64,000 nt of DNA, from NCBI GenBank assembly GCA_964270895.1, contig OZ185440.1, one strand, 5' to 3'. The stretch's first letter is position 1. The number at the start of each line of letters is the position of its first letter. A model generated the notes under the pieces. It was not told the origin of the DNA and made no database searches. It saw nothing but the letters and a program-made list of their open reading frames with translations. Below are positions 1-12,686 of this stretch, piece by piece. This DNA is from Podarcis filfolensis. Lineage: Eukaryota. A program made the position numbers and the translations under genes.

Positions 1-928
1 TTTCCCCCACAATGCTTAGGTAGCTGTACAATCAAAGGAAGCAATCTTACACCTTTCCTTGGCTACTGTTTTCACTGTCTAATCTTCATCAGATAAAATG
101 ACTGCATTGATGACTGGCAACTATGACTTATTATTTGATGTTTAATCTAGACTGTTTCAATTTAGATCCACTTTTTCATTCCCTTCTCTCAATAACATTT
201 AAAAGAACAGTTTATAATTAATTTTCACACACTTAGGTTTTCCACCATCATATGTATCTCACCTACACAATCTATAAACAGGCCTAATGGTTTGTGGTCA
301 TGATGAATTCAAGCTTGATTCACAAATATTTTTTCAAAATGTTAATAAGATATGTCCCCACCTTAAAGGCTTAAAATACAAAACATATTTACATACAACA
401 TATTCACAATGGTCTACACACAGAAATGTGCTAATATAATAAAAGATGTAAACAGGACATACATTCTGAAATTTTCATTTGAGCTATTTTGATTATAATC
501 CAGTCTTTAACTAGACCACTGAACTACATGACCAGTAGGTCCTGGCTCCTAAGAGATCATCCTAATTGATAACATAGTTTGTGACCGAACTTGGTTGACA
601 TTAAACATCTACACCATTCTGACACCATCAACATCATTAACCAACTACAACATGAAACATGGCCCTCAGATTTCTCTGGTTCACATAAAATTGACTACAT
701 TAGTCTGCAACAAAAGAGCAGAAAGCAGCATGACTGTCACGTGGTGAGCCAATTACTTGAAGAAGCAAAGATATAAAGTCGGCAAGTTGTGTTAGCAACT
801 TTGGTTTTTGAATTGCTTATAGGACACAAGCATGAATAGTAATGCAAATGCTAAAAAGGAAGAGGAAGGAGGGCATGAAAAAATATTACTGTGTTTTGTC
901 TGATATATGCAGGCTATCTCATACTTAC

Positions 929-1078
929 TTTCGGTAGAGGTAGCTCTTGATGCATTTGGTTTTCAAATTTAGATTTAGTCTGCAAGTTTAATGTCATGCT
1001 TCTGCCCGCATGCATTGCTGACAAACCTCCAGAGCGCAGCATGCCAAGGTTAACAGTGTTGTGCTTATAAGCAGCAGT
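929..1078 (-). CDS. LRRC7: LRRC7 exon (window exon 15), symmetric cassette-type exon: [50 protein letters not shown]
   Basis: 150 nt, phases 0/0; acceptor tttcctctactcag, donor AAA|GTAAGT; track ORF 914..1120. Confidence 0.95.
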
Positions 1079-1323
1079 CTGAGTAGAGGAAATAACAACC
1101 ACGTGACAGGATATGAACACGCATGCTCATTAAGAGAAAATACTGCACATATATGACTAACTTCACATGGTCTCATTTTAAGCAAACAAACAATACCAAG
1201 AAATAAGTAGCTTTTTATGCATGCACTGAGTCAGACAGAAGCACATAGAGTGCTAGTTGTACATAAAATGATTACCATAAAAAGACATCGACAAAAAAAT
1301 CAAACAAGATATATTTTCATCTT

Positions 1324-1468
1324 CACAGAATCACAGAATTGTAGAGTTGGAAGGGACCATGAGGGTCAGCTGGTCCAACTCCCTGCACTGCAGGAATCTT
1401 TTGCCCAATGTGGGGCTCAAACCCACGACTCTGAAATTAAAAGTTCCATGCTCTACTAACTGAGCCAC
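1324..1468 (-). mobile_element. SINE with tRNA-Lys-derived head and CR1-type 3' tail
   Basis: Minus strand reads TGGCTCAGTTAGTAGAGCA...GTGGGTTTGAGCCCCACATTGGGC (A/B boxes, tRNA-Lys-like), then a CR1-like 3' end and (ATTCTGTG)2 tail. Confidence 0.85.
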
Positions 1469-3330
1469 TGTTTTTAATACAAAGCTATAGTAATTTATTT
1501 CATGCAGAAGTGGGTATTATCCAGAGGTTTTCTACAAACTTATGATAAAATATGCATTTCTTTTCTGCAAGTAATAAATTGGGTAGAAGAGGTTCTACTC
1601 TATATAATAGGCTTCTTAAAAATGTAAGACATTTCTGGAGAGAATAATGTTTTAAATAGTAAAAGAAAATGGTAAAAAAAGAGTTTTTCACATCTGTTAG
1701 TTGCTGAACGATAGAAACATCTGGCTTGCTATGGTTTAGTTTCACAAAGAACCAATCAAAATAACTGCTATCAAGAGCTGCTCCAATATATTGTAGTGGA
1801 TGTATACCTATTTTGAATTTACACTGCAAAAGAACTACCCGCAATATATACAGTGTAATTAAAAAGATCAGTCAGCAAATGATCTTCACGAATAAATTAT
1901 TCTGGATTATATATATACAAAAAAACAGCAATATAAAAAGTAAAATGCACTGGGCAGTATTCACCCAACATGTCCCATCAGTGCAAGCCTCTATGAGGGC
2001 TTCTGCTTGTGCCATGGGGCTGTCCCCTATCTCCTCTCCCTGCACCCCCTGAAATTGGCCCTGGGTTGGTCACAGAACAGTACTGATGGGACACTCCCCT
2101 TGGTGCAATGTTGAATTCCACCCATAGTGAGCATAGCTATGGAAGTACATCTGAAACATCTGTGCTTCACCTGTCCATGCAAATGAAGTAGTACTCTAAA
2201 GTATATCTCTAAAGTGTCAGCTTGGAAGCAATCACAATAATCAATGGAATAAGCTTGATTCTTATGAATGCTCAGTGATTTATGGAAGCCACTAATGCCA
2301 GGGAGCCCACTGCATGGGCAGCTTTCCACAATGTTTCTGTGATGCCCTCTTTTGCCACTCCCCCTACTCCTATTTTGCTTCTGTCAGCCGACAGGAAAGG
2401 ATGTTGGTTCCCAGTAATTTTTTAAAAATATATATATATTGAAAAAGCTCTTTTGTACAGGGGAAATCATGCACAAAATAGTTGCATTAAAAATAAATTA
2501 TAAAATTTGCCTTTGCAGGCACAGGAGGTTGGGAAAGAAAATGTGAGGAAGAGCAGCAGCCTTTCATGCCAGAGACTCCAAATTGTCACATGACTTGGGA
2601 GTGACACACTTTTTGAAAAATTGCTGTTTTGTACAAATCTGGGATATCAGAGAACTTGTATTTAAGAAGTAATTCTGTTTTTTTTAATAAAGAAATGTGT
2701 ACGCTTGTGTAAGGAGACCTTAAGTTTCCTTTTCCTTTTCCAAACTCTAGAAACCCCTCTGCCCACTGTACAGCATTAAAGGATTCAGGTTCAGGGCTAG
2801 AAACCAGCACCAAACCCAAGCACAGCAAAAGAGGATTTCAACAAACGTGAGGAAGAAATAAAGTAACCCTTTTCACTTGTCTTTCCCCTGTGAACTCCAA
2901 ACAGCAACACAAAACTCTTGTTCCAGGCTTGTTAGAGCCTGAATAGGACCATTCCTTAGGAGATGAGAATGTTTTGCAATGCTTTGTTGTTGATTTGAAG
3001 GCTTATTGTCGTATTTTTCTTAGTAATCAGTGTATCTGAGAGCCAGGCTAAAATTTTCATACATTTTTTTTATGATGTCTGATTTCCAAAACTGAACCAA
3101 TTAAATAAATTTCTGTAGATCTTAACTGATACACCAGAATAAATATAATTTGGTTTATAGTGTTTCTGCAATTTTTATTCATTCATTCTAATAGCTTTGC
3201 TTTAAAATCTATCTTGCTGCGATTTTGTAGTCTCTAGTCGGTTTTTCTTAAACAGGGGGCTGGGACCCAAGAGATGGCCAGGGGTCATTTTCAGAAGAAC
3301 CTCAGTGTCACAGCCTGCCCAGCGCCTTCT

Positions 3331-3498
3331 CAGTGGCGTAGCGTGGGGGGTGCAGGGGGGCCCGGCCGCACCGGGCGCAACATCTGGGGGGTAGGGTTAG
3401 GGAGCGCAAATCCACGGGTTAGGGGGCGCAAATCCATGGGTTAGGGGCGCAAATTACTTGCCTTGCCCCGGGTGCTGACAACCCATGCTACGCCACTG
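3331..3498. mobile_element. hAT-type MITE (168 bp)
   Basis: 17-bp TIRs CAGTGGCGTAGC(G/A)TGGG with 1 mismatch; 8-bp flanks CGCCTTCT / TACCTTCT (6/8), consistent with a hAT TSD; internal 22-bp tandem repeat. Confidence 0.8.
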
Positions 3499-4689
3499 TA
3501 CCTTCTCACTTGCTGGCCCCACCCCTCAGCCATGCCATTGTCTTTTGATTGAACCAATGCCAACCCTAGCAACTCCTTGCATGCTAAATAATGGTGAGCA
3601 GGAGATGGAGAAGTTTGGGGAGGGTGGGGAAGAGAGAAGGGAGGTCTCACTCCTCTGTGGGGAAGCAGCCAGAGGAGGTCCTGAAGGAAATTAGAAAGGG
3701 AGATAAAAGGTTAATATTTACACTCATTATTAAAAATAAACCAACTGATAATGGAAAGGATAGAGACAAGAGAATAAAGTTGTTATGGAAGGAGGTGAAG
3801 ATAAAAAGGACCAGGGTGAAAGGTAGAACGAAACTGGCCGGTTCAATGGAAGGTGAATAGATTTGTGTGACAGCAGAAAGGAAGAAATTACAATAGATTA
3901 GTAAAAATACTCTGAGAGGTATTTAGAAGTGGGAAAGGAAAAATATAAAATAAAAAGCCTTCTCCACTTAAAGTCAGACTTAAAGCCTCTGGGTTGATTG
4001 ACAAACTCTGCCTAAAGTGGAGAAGATGAGTTGCAATACTCCAGAGCGAATGTCTATATTTTGCTTGAGGGAAGCTGAGGTATTGAACTCCTTGCTACAA
4101 TGAAAATGCTATGGTAAATAATTAAACAATTTCCAAAGATGGTTTAGCTATCAATAGAAAAGTGATGTCAGCCAAACTCCACTTCCATAGGCCACTATTC
4201 TACAACTTGTAGGCCTCGGTAATTTTCAACAAGTTTATGTGGGCTCTGGCGACAGCAGGGTGGTGAAATCTGAGAACGCCAGGTCTAAGCCCAAGAAATT
4301 GTGTTTTCTTTAGTTTAAGTGGTTCACTGTTCTATATGACATTAGGTGTGGGGCAGGCAAAGACCTCAGCCGAAAGGGAGTCTGCAGGTACTGCTGATCA
4401 GCTGACTGGTGGCACCTACAAAGCCCTGTGTACAGGACTTCACAAGACCCAATGATGATCTGATCAGCAGATCATGCAAAGCACCTTGTAAAAAGCTATA
4501 CAAGAATGCTTTGCAAGACCCGACAATCAGTTCATCATTGGAGCTTGGCAGACTGATTTGGCCTGCTCTCCAACCCCCTTTAAATAAATAAAAACAAATA
4601 AATTGTATTACTGAATGGATAGTTCAGCTCTCAGTGAGCCACAGCTAAATTGTGAATTACCTTCTTTGAAAAACACATGATATCAAAAG

Positions 4690-4920
4690 ATATGAAACAG
4701 TCTACAATTTTTGCTCCATTATGGTTATTTCTGAAATATAATCACTTATTGCAGTCACTGAATGGACAAACCAATATGTATCTGGGAGTATAAGGAAGGG
4801 TAATTTTGTGAAAGCAAATCTGAGAACAAGGTCTATAGGCTTCCAATTTTCCAGGATGATTTCAGCATTTTTGACAGCCATATTTGGCAATCTCAATTTT
4901 CACTTATTTTATGAAAGCAT
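4690..4920 (-). mobile_element. Possible old L1 ORF2 C-terminal fragment
   Basis: Track ORF 4702..4896 (AEIILENWKP...MEQKL) loosely resembles the non-mammalian L1 ORF2 end; weak similarity only. Confidence 0.3.
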
Positions 4921-6420
4921 CTGGTGAACTGTAGGACTAAAATTATACATGAATTGGTCTTTCATAATTCATCTTATTTCCAATAGTAGTTGACTGAAGG
5001 TAAACAGGTTCCTGAGGCTGAAGAAGGCTGTATGAGACACACAGCATTTAACGAGTACAAGGTGACGCAAATCGAAAAACAGCCAACAGGGTGAATGTTT
5101 AAGTTCCTTGTTAAGGCGCCCCCCCCCCCGGCCATTTATACAAGGCAGCAGTAAGGTTGCAATTTAAGATGGAAGACCAGCTTCATAATCCTTCTCCCTT
5201 CAAACTATTCTCCCACTGAAAAGTTCCCACTCCAGTTGCTTTAACCTTCACTGAGGAAAACATGAGTACCTGTATTTTGGTGTGTGTGTGTGTAAGAGAG
5301 AGAGATAGAGACAGATGTGCAAATGGAATAAAGTGGAACGGTTAAGAAGCTCCTTTTCCTCCTGTACTAGTCTTCCACTTCAAACTGTAGCCTCAATGGC
5401 TGCACAGTATATTAGACTTTTTTCAAAAGAAAATAATGGAACTACATGTAGTATGTAGTTTTTCTCAGAATTCCTTCCAAATGCTTTCTGGATATATCAG
5501 TTATAAGATGTTTTATTCATTTACTTCTTATCACCATTTCAAACAATACCTCATTCTTAATTCTTCACGCCTTGGAAACTGTGTCTCATGTCAATGAATT
5601 ACTCTGCACATTTACCAATAATAAATGTTAATTGACAAACACTTCCTAACATAGAAAATATAAGTTATAGTTGGTCTCTGTTGGGGCTTTACGTATTTCA
5701 ACCCGTTATCCTAAACACACTTGGAAATAAGTTAAATGTAAATCAACTGACTTCCAAGTACATAGATTTAAGACATTGGGGTACCAGAACAAAAGTAATT
5801 GTAGCTTATTTGTTAATCAATGGCTAAATTTTCTATAAGAAATCCTTAATTATATCTGCCATGATCCAATAGTTCTGGTACATGAAGATGGTTCACACAT
5901 GCATATCTGACTTTGTGCACACAAGGGCATGGGCTGATTCATAACACAGCCACTGAAGATTGTGCTATCGAGTTCTGTAGAGTTTTGGAGTATCCCCATT
6001 AACTATAAGCCTGCCAAAGTCAATATTTCCAATACTTTTGCTTTGGAATTTGTCTTTAATATTTTTCCTATGCACTGTAAAGGCTAGCAAATAAAACAAA
6101 TATTTAAATTATAAACTATTTTTGTGATTTCCTTTAAGCTTCATAAATTACCCACTACTAGAAGACCAAGATTATCATTTTTGCATTTAAAAAAACAACA
6201 GTATATTAGGGAAGAACTTCTCCAATGCTCCCCAAAGCAACCCTAATTCTAACTCATTATGTATAAACTGTAACAAAATACATTTCATGGTTTATTAATT
6301 CAGAACACAAATCCAGGAATTATTACTGGATAACATATTAATCACTGCAAGCAGATTTTTTTTGATATATAGAAATATAAAAACTAAAAGGCATTAATTG
6401 CAGAGAAATGCCAAACATAC

Positions 6421-8098
6421 CCTGTCTAACCTTCTAGCTTCTATATGTCTAAGTAGCTGTTGTCTCCAGTCAGCGGGCATTTTACCACAGCTCTCATTTC
6501 CCTTCACAGGGGTAGGCCTTGTCTTTAAATCAGTGTTATCTGACGGCTTGTCACCATAGTTACCCAAGTTATAGTCTGATGGTATCTTTTCCAACAGAGC
6601 TGCCATTGTAGGCCTAGCTGAAACTGGCCTGGTTTGGGAGGTACCATAACTCTCTGTACTGTAGCTTCTTGCAGACAATGGCCTCCTTTGAGTAAGGTTT
6701 TTAACTGGAAAACTTCCAGATTGGGCTTTCACTTCTTGATATGAAGGGTGTTCATCTTCATACCTGCCATTTCTTTTGAGGAATTGGGATTCAGACACTT
6801 GCATGCTGCTTTGGCGTTCCATGGGTCCTCTATACTGGTGTCTGTTATACCTATCGCTCTGAGGCAGTTCGTGTGGTTCACTGACTCTTCTATACATTGA
6901 CATATCTGTGGAACTGGCCAATGAATCTGCTCTTCTCAAAAACCCAGCCTTTGATCCCTGACTTGAGTACTGAGTGTTGACAGTCTCCTCATTAACAGAA
7001 GGCTGGGAGAATGAAAACATGTGCTCCATGGGTGGATACCCTCGGTAGGCTCTTGGGCTAACCAAATCCTTTGAGACAGTTTTAGTCTGCTGGGGAATGT
7101 ACTCTGGAGTGTGTTGAAAAGGTGGCGGAATCCTCTTATCTGCTTTCACTTCCACTGATCCTTGAGGATTAAAACTTTGGTCAAACTGGTACACTTTTTT
7201 AGTTACAGAAGGCTTTTGCTGCTGCTGCACCTTAACACTTCCATAGGTCAGCAACTCATCATCAAGCATTGGCACAGACTGGCTACGGGACATGCTAGAC
7301 ATTCCATGTTCTGGACCCATCATTTTATCTGGCCTCTCATGCATACCGGCATTGTCAGTAGTAGCTGCATAGTTCTCTAGCGGTATATTATAAACTTTAT
7401 ATGCGCCAATGTCTATCTCATCTATACTTTGTGACTTCTTAAACCTATTCGTTTTCAAGTCCCTCATCATTGGCGAAAGCCTCTCTGTGCTCTTGCTGAT
7501 AGAAATGACGTTTTTAGAAGGATCCGGGCGACAGTGAATATGCGAAAACACATTACCAAGACTTCTGTTAGCGTTTGACTCATGATACTCCCACGCTGTT
7601 CCTGGAGAAAAAGTGCTAGCTATTTCTGCGGAATCTTTAACAAGATCCTTCCTTTCAGGTAAAGGGCTGGTGGTAGGGGTGCTCTCCAGCTTAGAAGGAA
7701 AGGCTGTCCTATCTTCAAAAGGGCTAGGGGTTCTTGTCCAGTTCTGCCAAGGGTTTGATGGAGGCACTTCTGATTCAGGTGTATTTCTGAGAGTAGGCTG
7801 TTCAAGTTCTAGGGGGATACCAACTATCCTGTCTTGCCTAATTAAAGGCCTGCGTCCGTGAGCAGATGTGCTTCTCGATTTAGAGCTTAAGAGGGGGTTA
7901 GCGCTTGGATTCTCGACCGTGCTCTCTTCTGCTACAAATCCCGTGTTATCATAGTGAGAGCCATCATTCCAGCTGTCAGCAAAGGTGTCGCTCATTGGAC
8001 GCCTCTCGTTATGTTGTTGTAAGTTTCCTGCTGGAGCAGACTCCCGTTGACTGAGCAATGGCTTTGTTTCAAGAGGTTGAGGAAAAGATTGGACAAGC
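6421..8098 (-). CDS. LRRC7: LRRC7 giant exon (window exon 14): (R)[19 protein letters not shown]...[15 protein letters not shown], disordered S/P/T-rich region with CaMKII-binding segment
   Basis: 1678 nt open frame (track ORF 6394..8058); acceptor ttttctccag, donor AGG|GTATGT; contains [12 protein letters not shown]. Confidence 0.98.
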
Positions 8099-9225
8099 CT
8101 GGAGAAAACAAGAAGAAAGATTGGTATTAGATAAGGAAGCTATCACAGCAGAATAAAATGCTAATAAATATCTTACTATTATTGCATGTTTTGTTTAACC
8201 CATGAATGAATAGAAGCTTTAGCTTGTTTGGAGTGGGAACAAAGAGAAAGCACACAAAAAGAGAAATATCACAATTTATATGTATATGAAAATGGCTTTG
8301 CATAAATCTAAAAATCCGCCTCCAAAAAAACTCTGGTATAAAAATCTCTATGCTAGTGACAGATAATAAGCACATAGCATTGAGCCTGCAAGCAAAGTGA
8401 AAGTCTCTTTGAAAACTGAGTCTGTATCTATGGTGGGACAAAGTTGCTTATATGGGATTCTGTATGCAGTGGAGTAAATGTAGACAGTACAGAAAACCTT
8501 GATGACACGTAATCATTTTGTACCTCTTTCATTCTCGTCAGCTGAAAAATGGGTAAGATGGGTGAACTGCTATTCAACTACTGTAATCTACTCTGAAAGT
8601 TTGCAGATAGACCTGAATTTTGGGTAGAAGTTGCCAGAGTAATTACCACCCCTAAGGCATAATTCCTCTGGGCCTTGACATGGAAAAAGGTGCCCTTCCT
8701 CTCGCCTACAAACATGAGGTGCCTAGTTGTGGGGGAGAACTTACTCTGCTCTGGATGCTCTGCTCTTCTCCCTCTCCTGCTGTTGAGGGAGCAGGGATGC
8801 TGCAACACTTACCTTTTTTTGCACAATGCTTCACTTATTTGCAGTAGTGCCAGTGTGATGTTGTTCCAAGTGCAGCAGGTTTTCTCCAACTGTATGCAAT
8901 GCCAGACTTCTTAGAAGTCTTGTGTACACTTGTAGTATACCAGCTCCCAGCCTAGCAGTACTTCCTGAGACATGATGTCACATAGTCACATAGGTGTCCT
9001 AGGAAGCACTGCTAGTTCAAAGAAAAAACAAAGGCATCTCAATCATGCTGCTGCTCCTGCTAGTCTGGCCCTAGTGACGTTCCTGTCTGTTTCTGTTTTA
9101 ATACGAGGGTTGATATCATCACCACCACCACCATCTTTTATTTAAACTCTTTGTACTTTTGGCTGTCTGAGATGCCTTTATGGTCAGATCCAGTGTTTCA
9201 ACTGGGGTCTACAAAGTAAACACAC

Positions 9226-9406
9226 CTGTTACCCCACAAAGAATTATTCACTGCATCTTTAGCTGTAGTCTGCAAGGACCCCATTTTAACACGAGCGTTA
9301 GAAGACCCTGAAGATGCCTGTGAAGGTGAATAGTCTGAATAGGTGCCTGAAGAAACACTGTTATTCATGCAGTGAACTTTATCTGCTTCAGATTCATCTG
9401 TTGATT
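9226..9406 (-). CDS. LRRC7: LRRC7 exon (window exon 13): (E)[36 protein letters not shown]...SLWGN(R)
   Basis: 181 nt; acceptor ttttag, donor AG|GTGTGT; track ORF 9198..9470. Confidence 0.96.
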
Positions 9407-10901
9407 CTAAAACAAGCACAGAAAGAAATATGAAATTAATAGTTGAACAGAAGATTGAACACAGAGACATATATACAACAACTACTGTAATTAGCTTGGA
9501 AATGTGATTTCCACTTCTATATCATACAAATATAGCCAGCCATGAACTTACCCCGGGAATGTTCAAAGACACCTAAGACAGTTGCACAGCAGTACCACCT
9601 CCCTTTCCCATCCATCTTCAGCCAAAATGCTGTATCATCTGACTGTATCAATCTACAATTATTGGTCGGTGTATTACTTTACTATTACCCTTATAAACAT
9701 TGTGCCTTGTGAGACTGAACTTTTTTTTTGTATTTTTAAAAGATCCATTTTCACCTTTCCTACACTTACGAACCTGACCAAACTGCTACTGTCTTGAACG
9801 CCCCACCCCCATGTTTTCCTACTGCCGAACATAATAATTTAGTATTTATTTTTAATGACATATATAGCCTTCTTTATACACTATATCCAACACTCAGGGC
9901 CAAACCAAATGTGACATGGGAGATTTCCCAATATTTATTTTAAAAAAACAGGCACAGGGAGTTTTGTCATGGCAGCAGTGATTAGGAAGGATTTAATCAC
10001 CTTCATACCCATGCCCAATACTAGGGGTGGCCCAAGTGAGGCACTGACCCACAGTCCAGATGGTCTGAGGGGCTTGTTCACTTAGTAGGCTGCTTACCTG
10101 CCCACCATTTGCTCATAATTCTTGCTTAGAAGGAAGAGCCATTCATTTAAATTGGGTTATATCCAAATTAAGAGGGCTTAGAACAACTGCTGCCTATATT
10201 ACGTTCTGAGAGTACTGAAACTATTTTAGATTTCTTTTCTGTACATTACATACGCGCCAAGTTGACACAGGAGAAGGCAGATAGGCAGTTTTAAGGGAGG
10301 GGGGAAAGGCATCCACAGAGGTTTGCGGGTGCGGGGGGGGGGGCAGAATGCAGGGAAGGGAGAAGAGACTCAGTTCCCCAGGCACAGTCACAGAGAGGTG
10401 CATTAAAGTGGCAGAGAATGTGATACATGGGAGAAGAAAGTGATCGAAATGAAAAGGAAGATGAGAGGGAGACAAAAAAGCAATACCAGCCGGTGTAAGG
10501 AAATAGAAGCTGAGGCAAAAAGGAGGACGACAGAAATATTGCAATATGCGAATGTAAGCAGGCAGACAGAAAAGGTATGGGGTGGGAGCAAGAATGGAAG
10601 GGAGCGTAGTTTGAGGAGATAAGGGAGGGGACAAGAGGCCCAGTGGTACCCTGTGTCCAAGGCCCCCAGGAACCTGGAGCCTGACCTTTTCACACCATTT
10701 AAAGTTGCTATTAGTCTAAGGAAAAGGGGTAGGAGAGAAATAGAGATAGCTGTGTATCTAAATCGACTGGCTTTGCATATTAAATATAATTTCCAATTTG
10801 ATTCTGGCTAAGTGTGAAAAAGAGAATACAGTGTTCAGCACATTATTCTGCTGCATTTTTCATTGTTTGTCACGTTCAATATCTATAAAGTGACTTAGTA
10901 C

Positions 10902-11013
10902 CTTTTTTCTCTTTACCCAATAGGACAAGTTTAGGTTGGTACAATGGTGCTTCAGTCATGGAGGGACGAAGTTCCCCTATCCTCATATCATTCACAGCAT
11001 GTACATATGGGTC
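10902..11013 (-). CDS. LRRC7: LRRC7 exon (window exon 12): [37 protein letters not shown](E)
   Basis: 112 nt; acceptor ttttacag, donor G|GTACTA. Confidence 0.95.
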
Positions 11014-12485
11014 CTGTAAAATGCAATAATATTGTGGAATATTATAAAAAGATAGCCCAGCAAGTGATACTTTAATGATGAAATTTTATCAGGAGTATGG
11101 AATTATAAAACTTCCAAGCACGAATGCTGACCAGGCAAATGTGACTAAATGTCATAGAATGCTGTTTAAAAAAGTACAATTGGTACTCATATTGACACTG
11201 CCTGCATAGGGTCAGTGGCTTGGGCTCCACCTTGTGGATGAAGGCAGAAGAAACTCTCAAGGTGTGGCTCTTAAGCCTGTTTTGCGGACTCACCAAGCTT
11301 GGAATCACACACCCTGAGCAGGGTAAAATAACAAATGGTGCCTACTTTCCTAATAATCTAGAAACACCACGGCCTGTGAGATGAGTTCTGCTTGAATTAA
11401 TAGAGGCCTGTCTGATCTTAGGTGGGAAGAAGCTTAACTTTGTGCTTTGTGCTCACAGCTATTTTGCCCTGGACAAATGTACTGTTGGTGGTATTTATTT
11501 ATTTTAAACCAATCAACTACCTGCTTTTCTTGATAGTTTTCTGCCACCTTACTCTGCTACCAATTTCAGGCCTCCCCTTCCCCTTTTATATCTGAAACAG
11601 TCTCGTGTGGTAGGCTCGGTAAAGTTAATATAGGCACATAAACAGCAGTTCTTATCAAGAGATTGTGGGGAGATTCAGGGGACCCAAAGCACACAATGTA
11701 TCGGGTCTAGGAAATCCTGTGGGCATCCATGGATGGACCCATTACAGTCTGGTCTGTCCCAATTGTGCATGGGGAGGGAACTAAGGCTGCTCTGCCCTAT
11801 TCCTGAGAAATGCCTAAAAATCTGCATGGAAATGCACATTTTTAAAAAAAATAACAAAAAAGTTTTAAAAGTATTTTAGCCTTCTAAAAATAAGGCATCT
11901 ACCTGCCCACAGCCTGGAGCTGCTAGTGCAAGCATCTTCTTGCCACTGCGTGCTTTGAATGCAAATACAGCCAGTTTACCTAAGAGTGAGAGGACTTGAT
12001 GTTTACAGGCAGGAAGCCATGTTCTTCCTGTACAATTCCCCCTGAGATAGGATGTCATCAGTTCTCATTGCTCCCAGGGGAATCTCTTGTATTTGCATTT
12101 AGAGTGCGCTGCAGCAAGGAGCAGCAGACATTTGATTGATCTGACCTCAGCCTGTTTGGGCCATGCCCTAGCCTTGGTACCTGACAATCAACAGCAGACC
12201 CTGCTGAGGCCTGACAGTTTCTGTGTCATGCAATGTTGGCAATACCCGTTTTGTTCTGTGTAGTATGAGAACTACATGATATTTGGCCCAATAATAAAAA
12301 AAAGAAAATCAGAAGGGCAGCACTGAAAGGTGAAGCAAATTATATCTAATATGGGGGTAAGAGGGAAGGAAAGGGGTTATAGATCGGCCTACTTCTGCTT
12401 ACATACAACCCTCTGAATAAAGAGATCTGTATTGTACTGATCTTAAAATAAGCTCCCGATTGTTTAAATAACACTGTCATGTTAC

Positions 12486-12686
12486 CTCCACGGATATATC
12501 CTTTGCTGTCATTGGCCACTTATGCTCATATTTGTCTTTCACAGCTTGTTCTGCACTGACGGTTGGTGTTGCATTCTCAGGCCTCATTCCATGGCTAGGT
12601 TTACCCACCAGATTTTGAACAGATTTCACCATATTCTTTAAATCTTCTGGGTATGGAGTTGGATAGCGCTTTAAGTTTATTTCAAC
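12486..12686 (-). CDS. LRRC7: LRRC7 exon (window exon 11): [33 protein letters not shown]...KDISVE
   Basis: 201 nt, phases 0/0; acceptor ctcag, donor GAG|GTAACA; track ORF 12477..12698. Confidence 0.97.

Noticed and set aside
1400-1468. tRNA-Lys gene
   Set aside because: The B box and stems are mutated, and the head is fused directly to a CR1 tail, so it is a SINE head.
3591-3860. Lys/Arg-rich plus-strand ORF (89 aa)
   Set aside because: It arises from purine-rich low-complexity sequence with no recognisable domain or splice context; at most an old LINE fragment.
7162-7861. Plus-strand ORFs 7162..7380 and 7613..7861 and minus ORF 7620..7805
   Set aside because: These are antisense or alternate-frame shadows of the giant coding exon.
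8807-8889. Perfect donor AAG|GTAAGT on the minus strand at 8813/8812 suggesting an extra exon
   Set aside because: The nearest upstream AG lacks a polypyrimidine tract, the 77-nt candidate contains a stop, and one such 9-mer is expected by chance.
10221-10693. Overlapping 60-137 aa ORFs in a purine-rich block
   Set aside because: Strand-biased low complexity produces stop-poor frames; there is no homology I can recognise.
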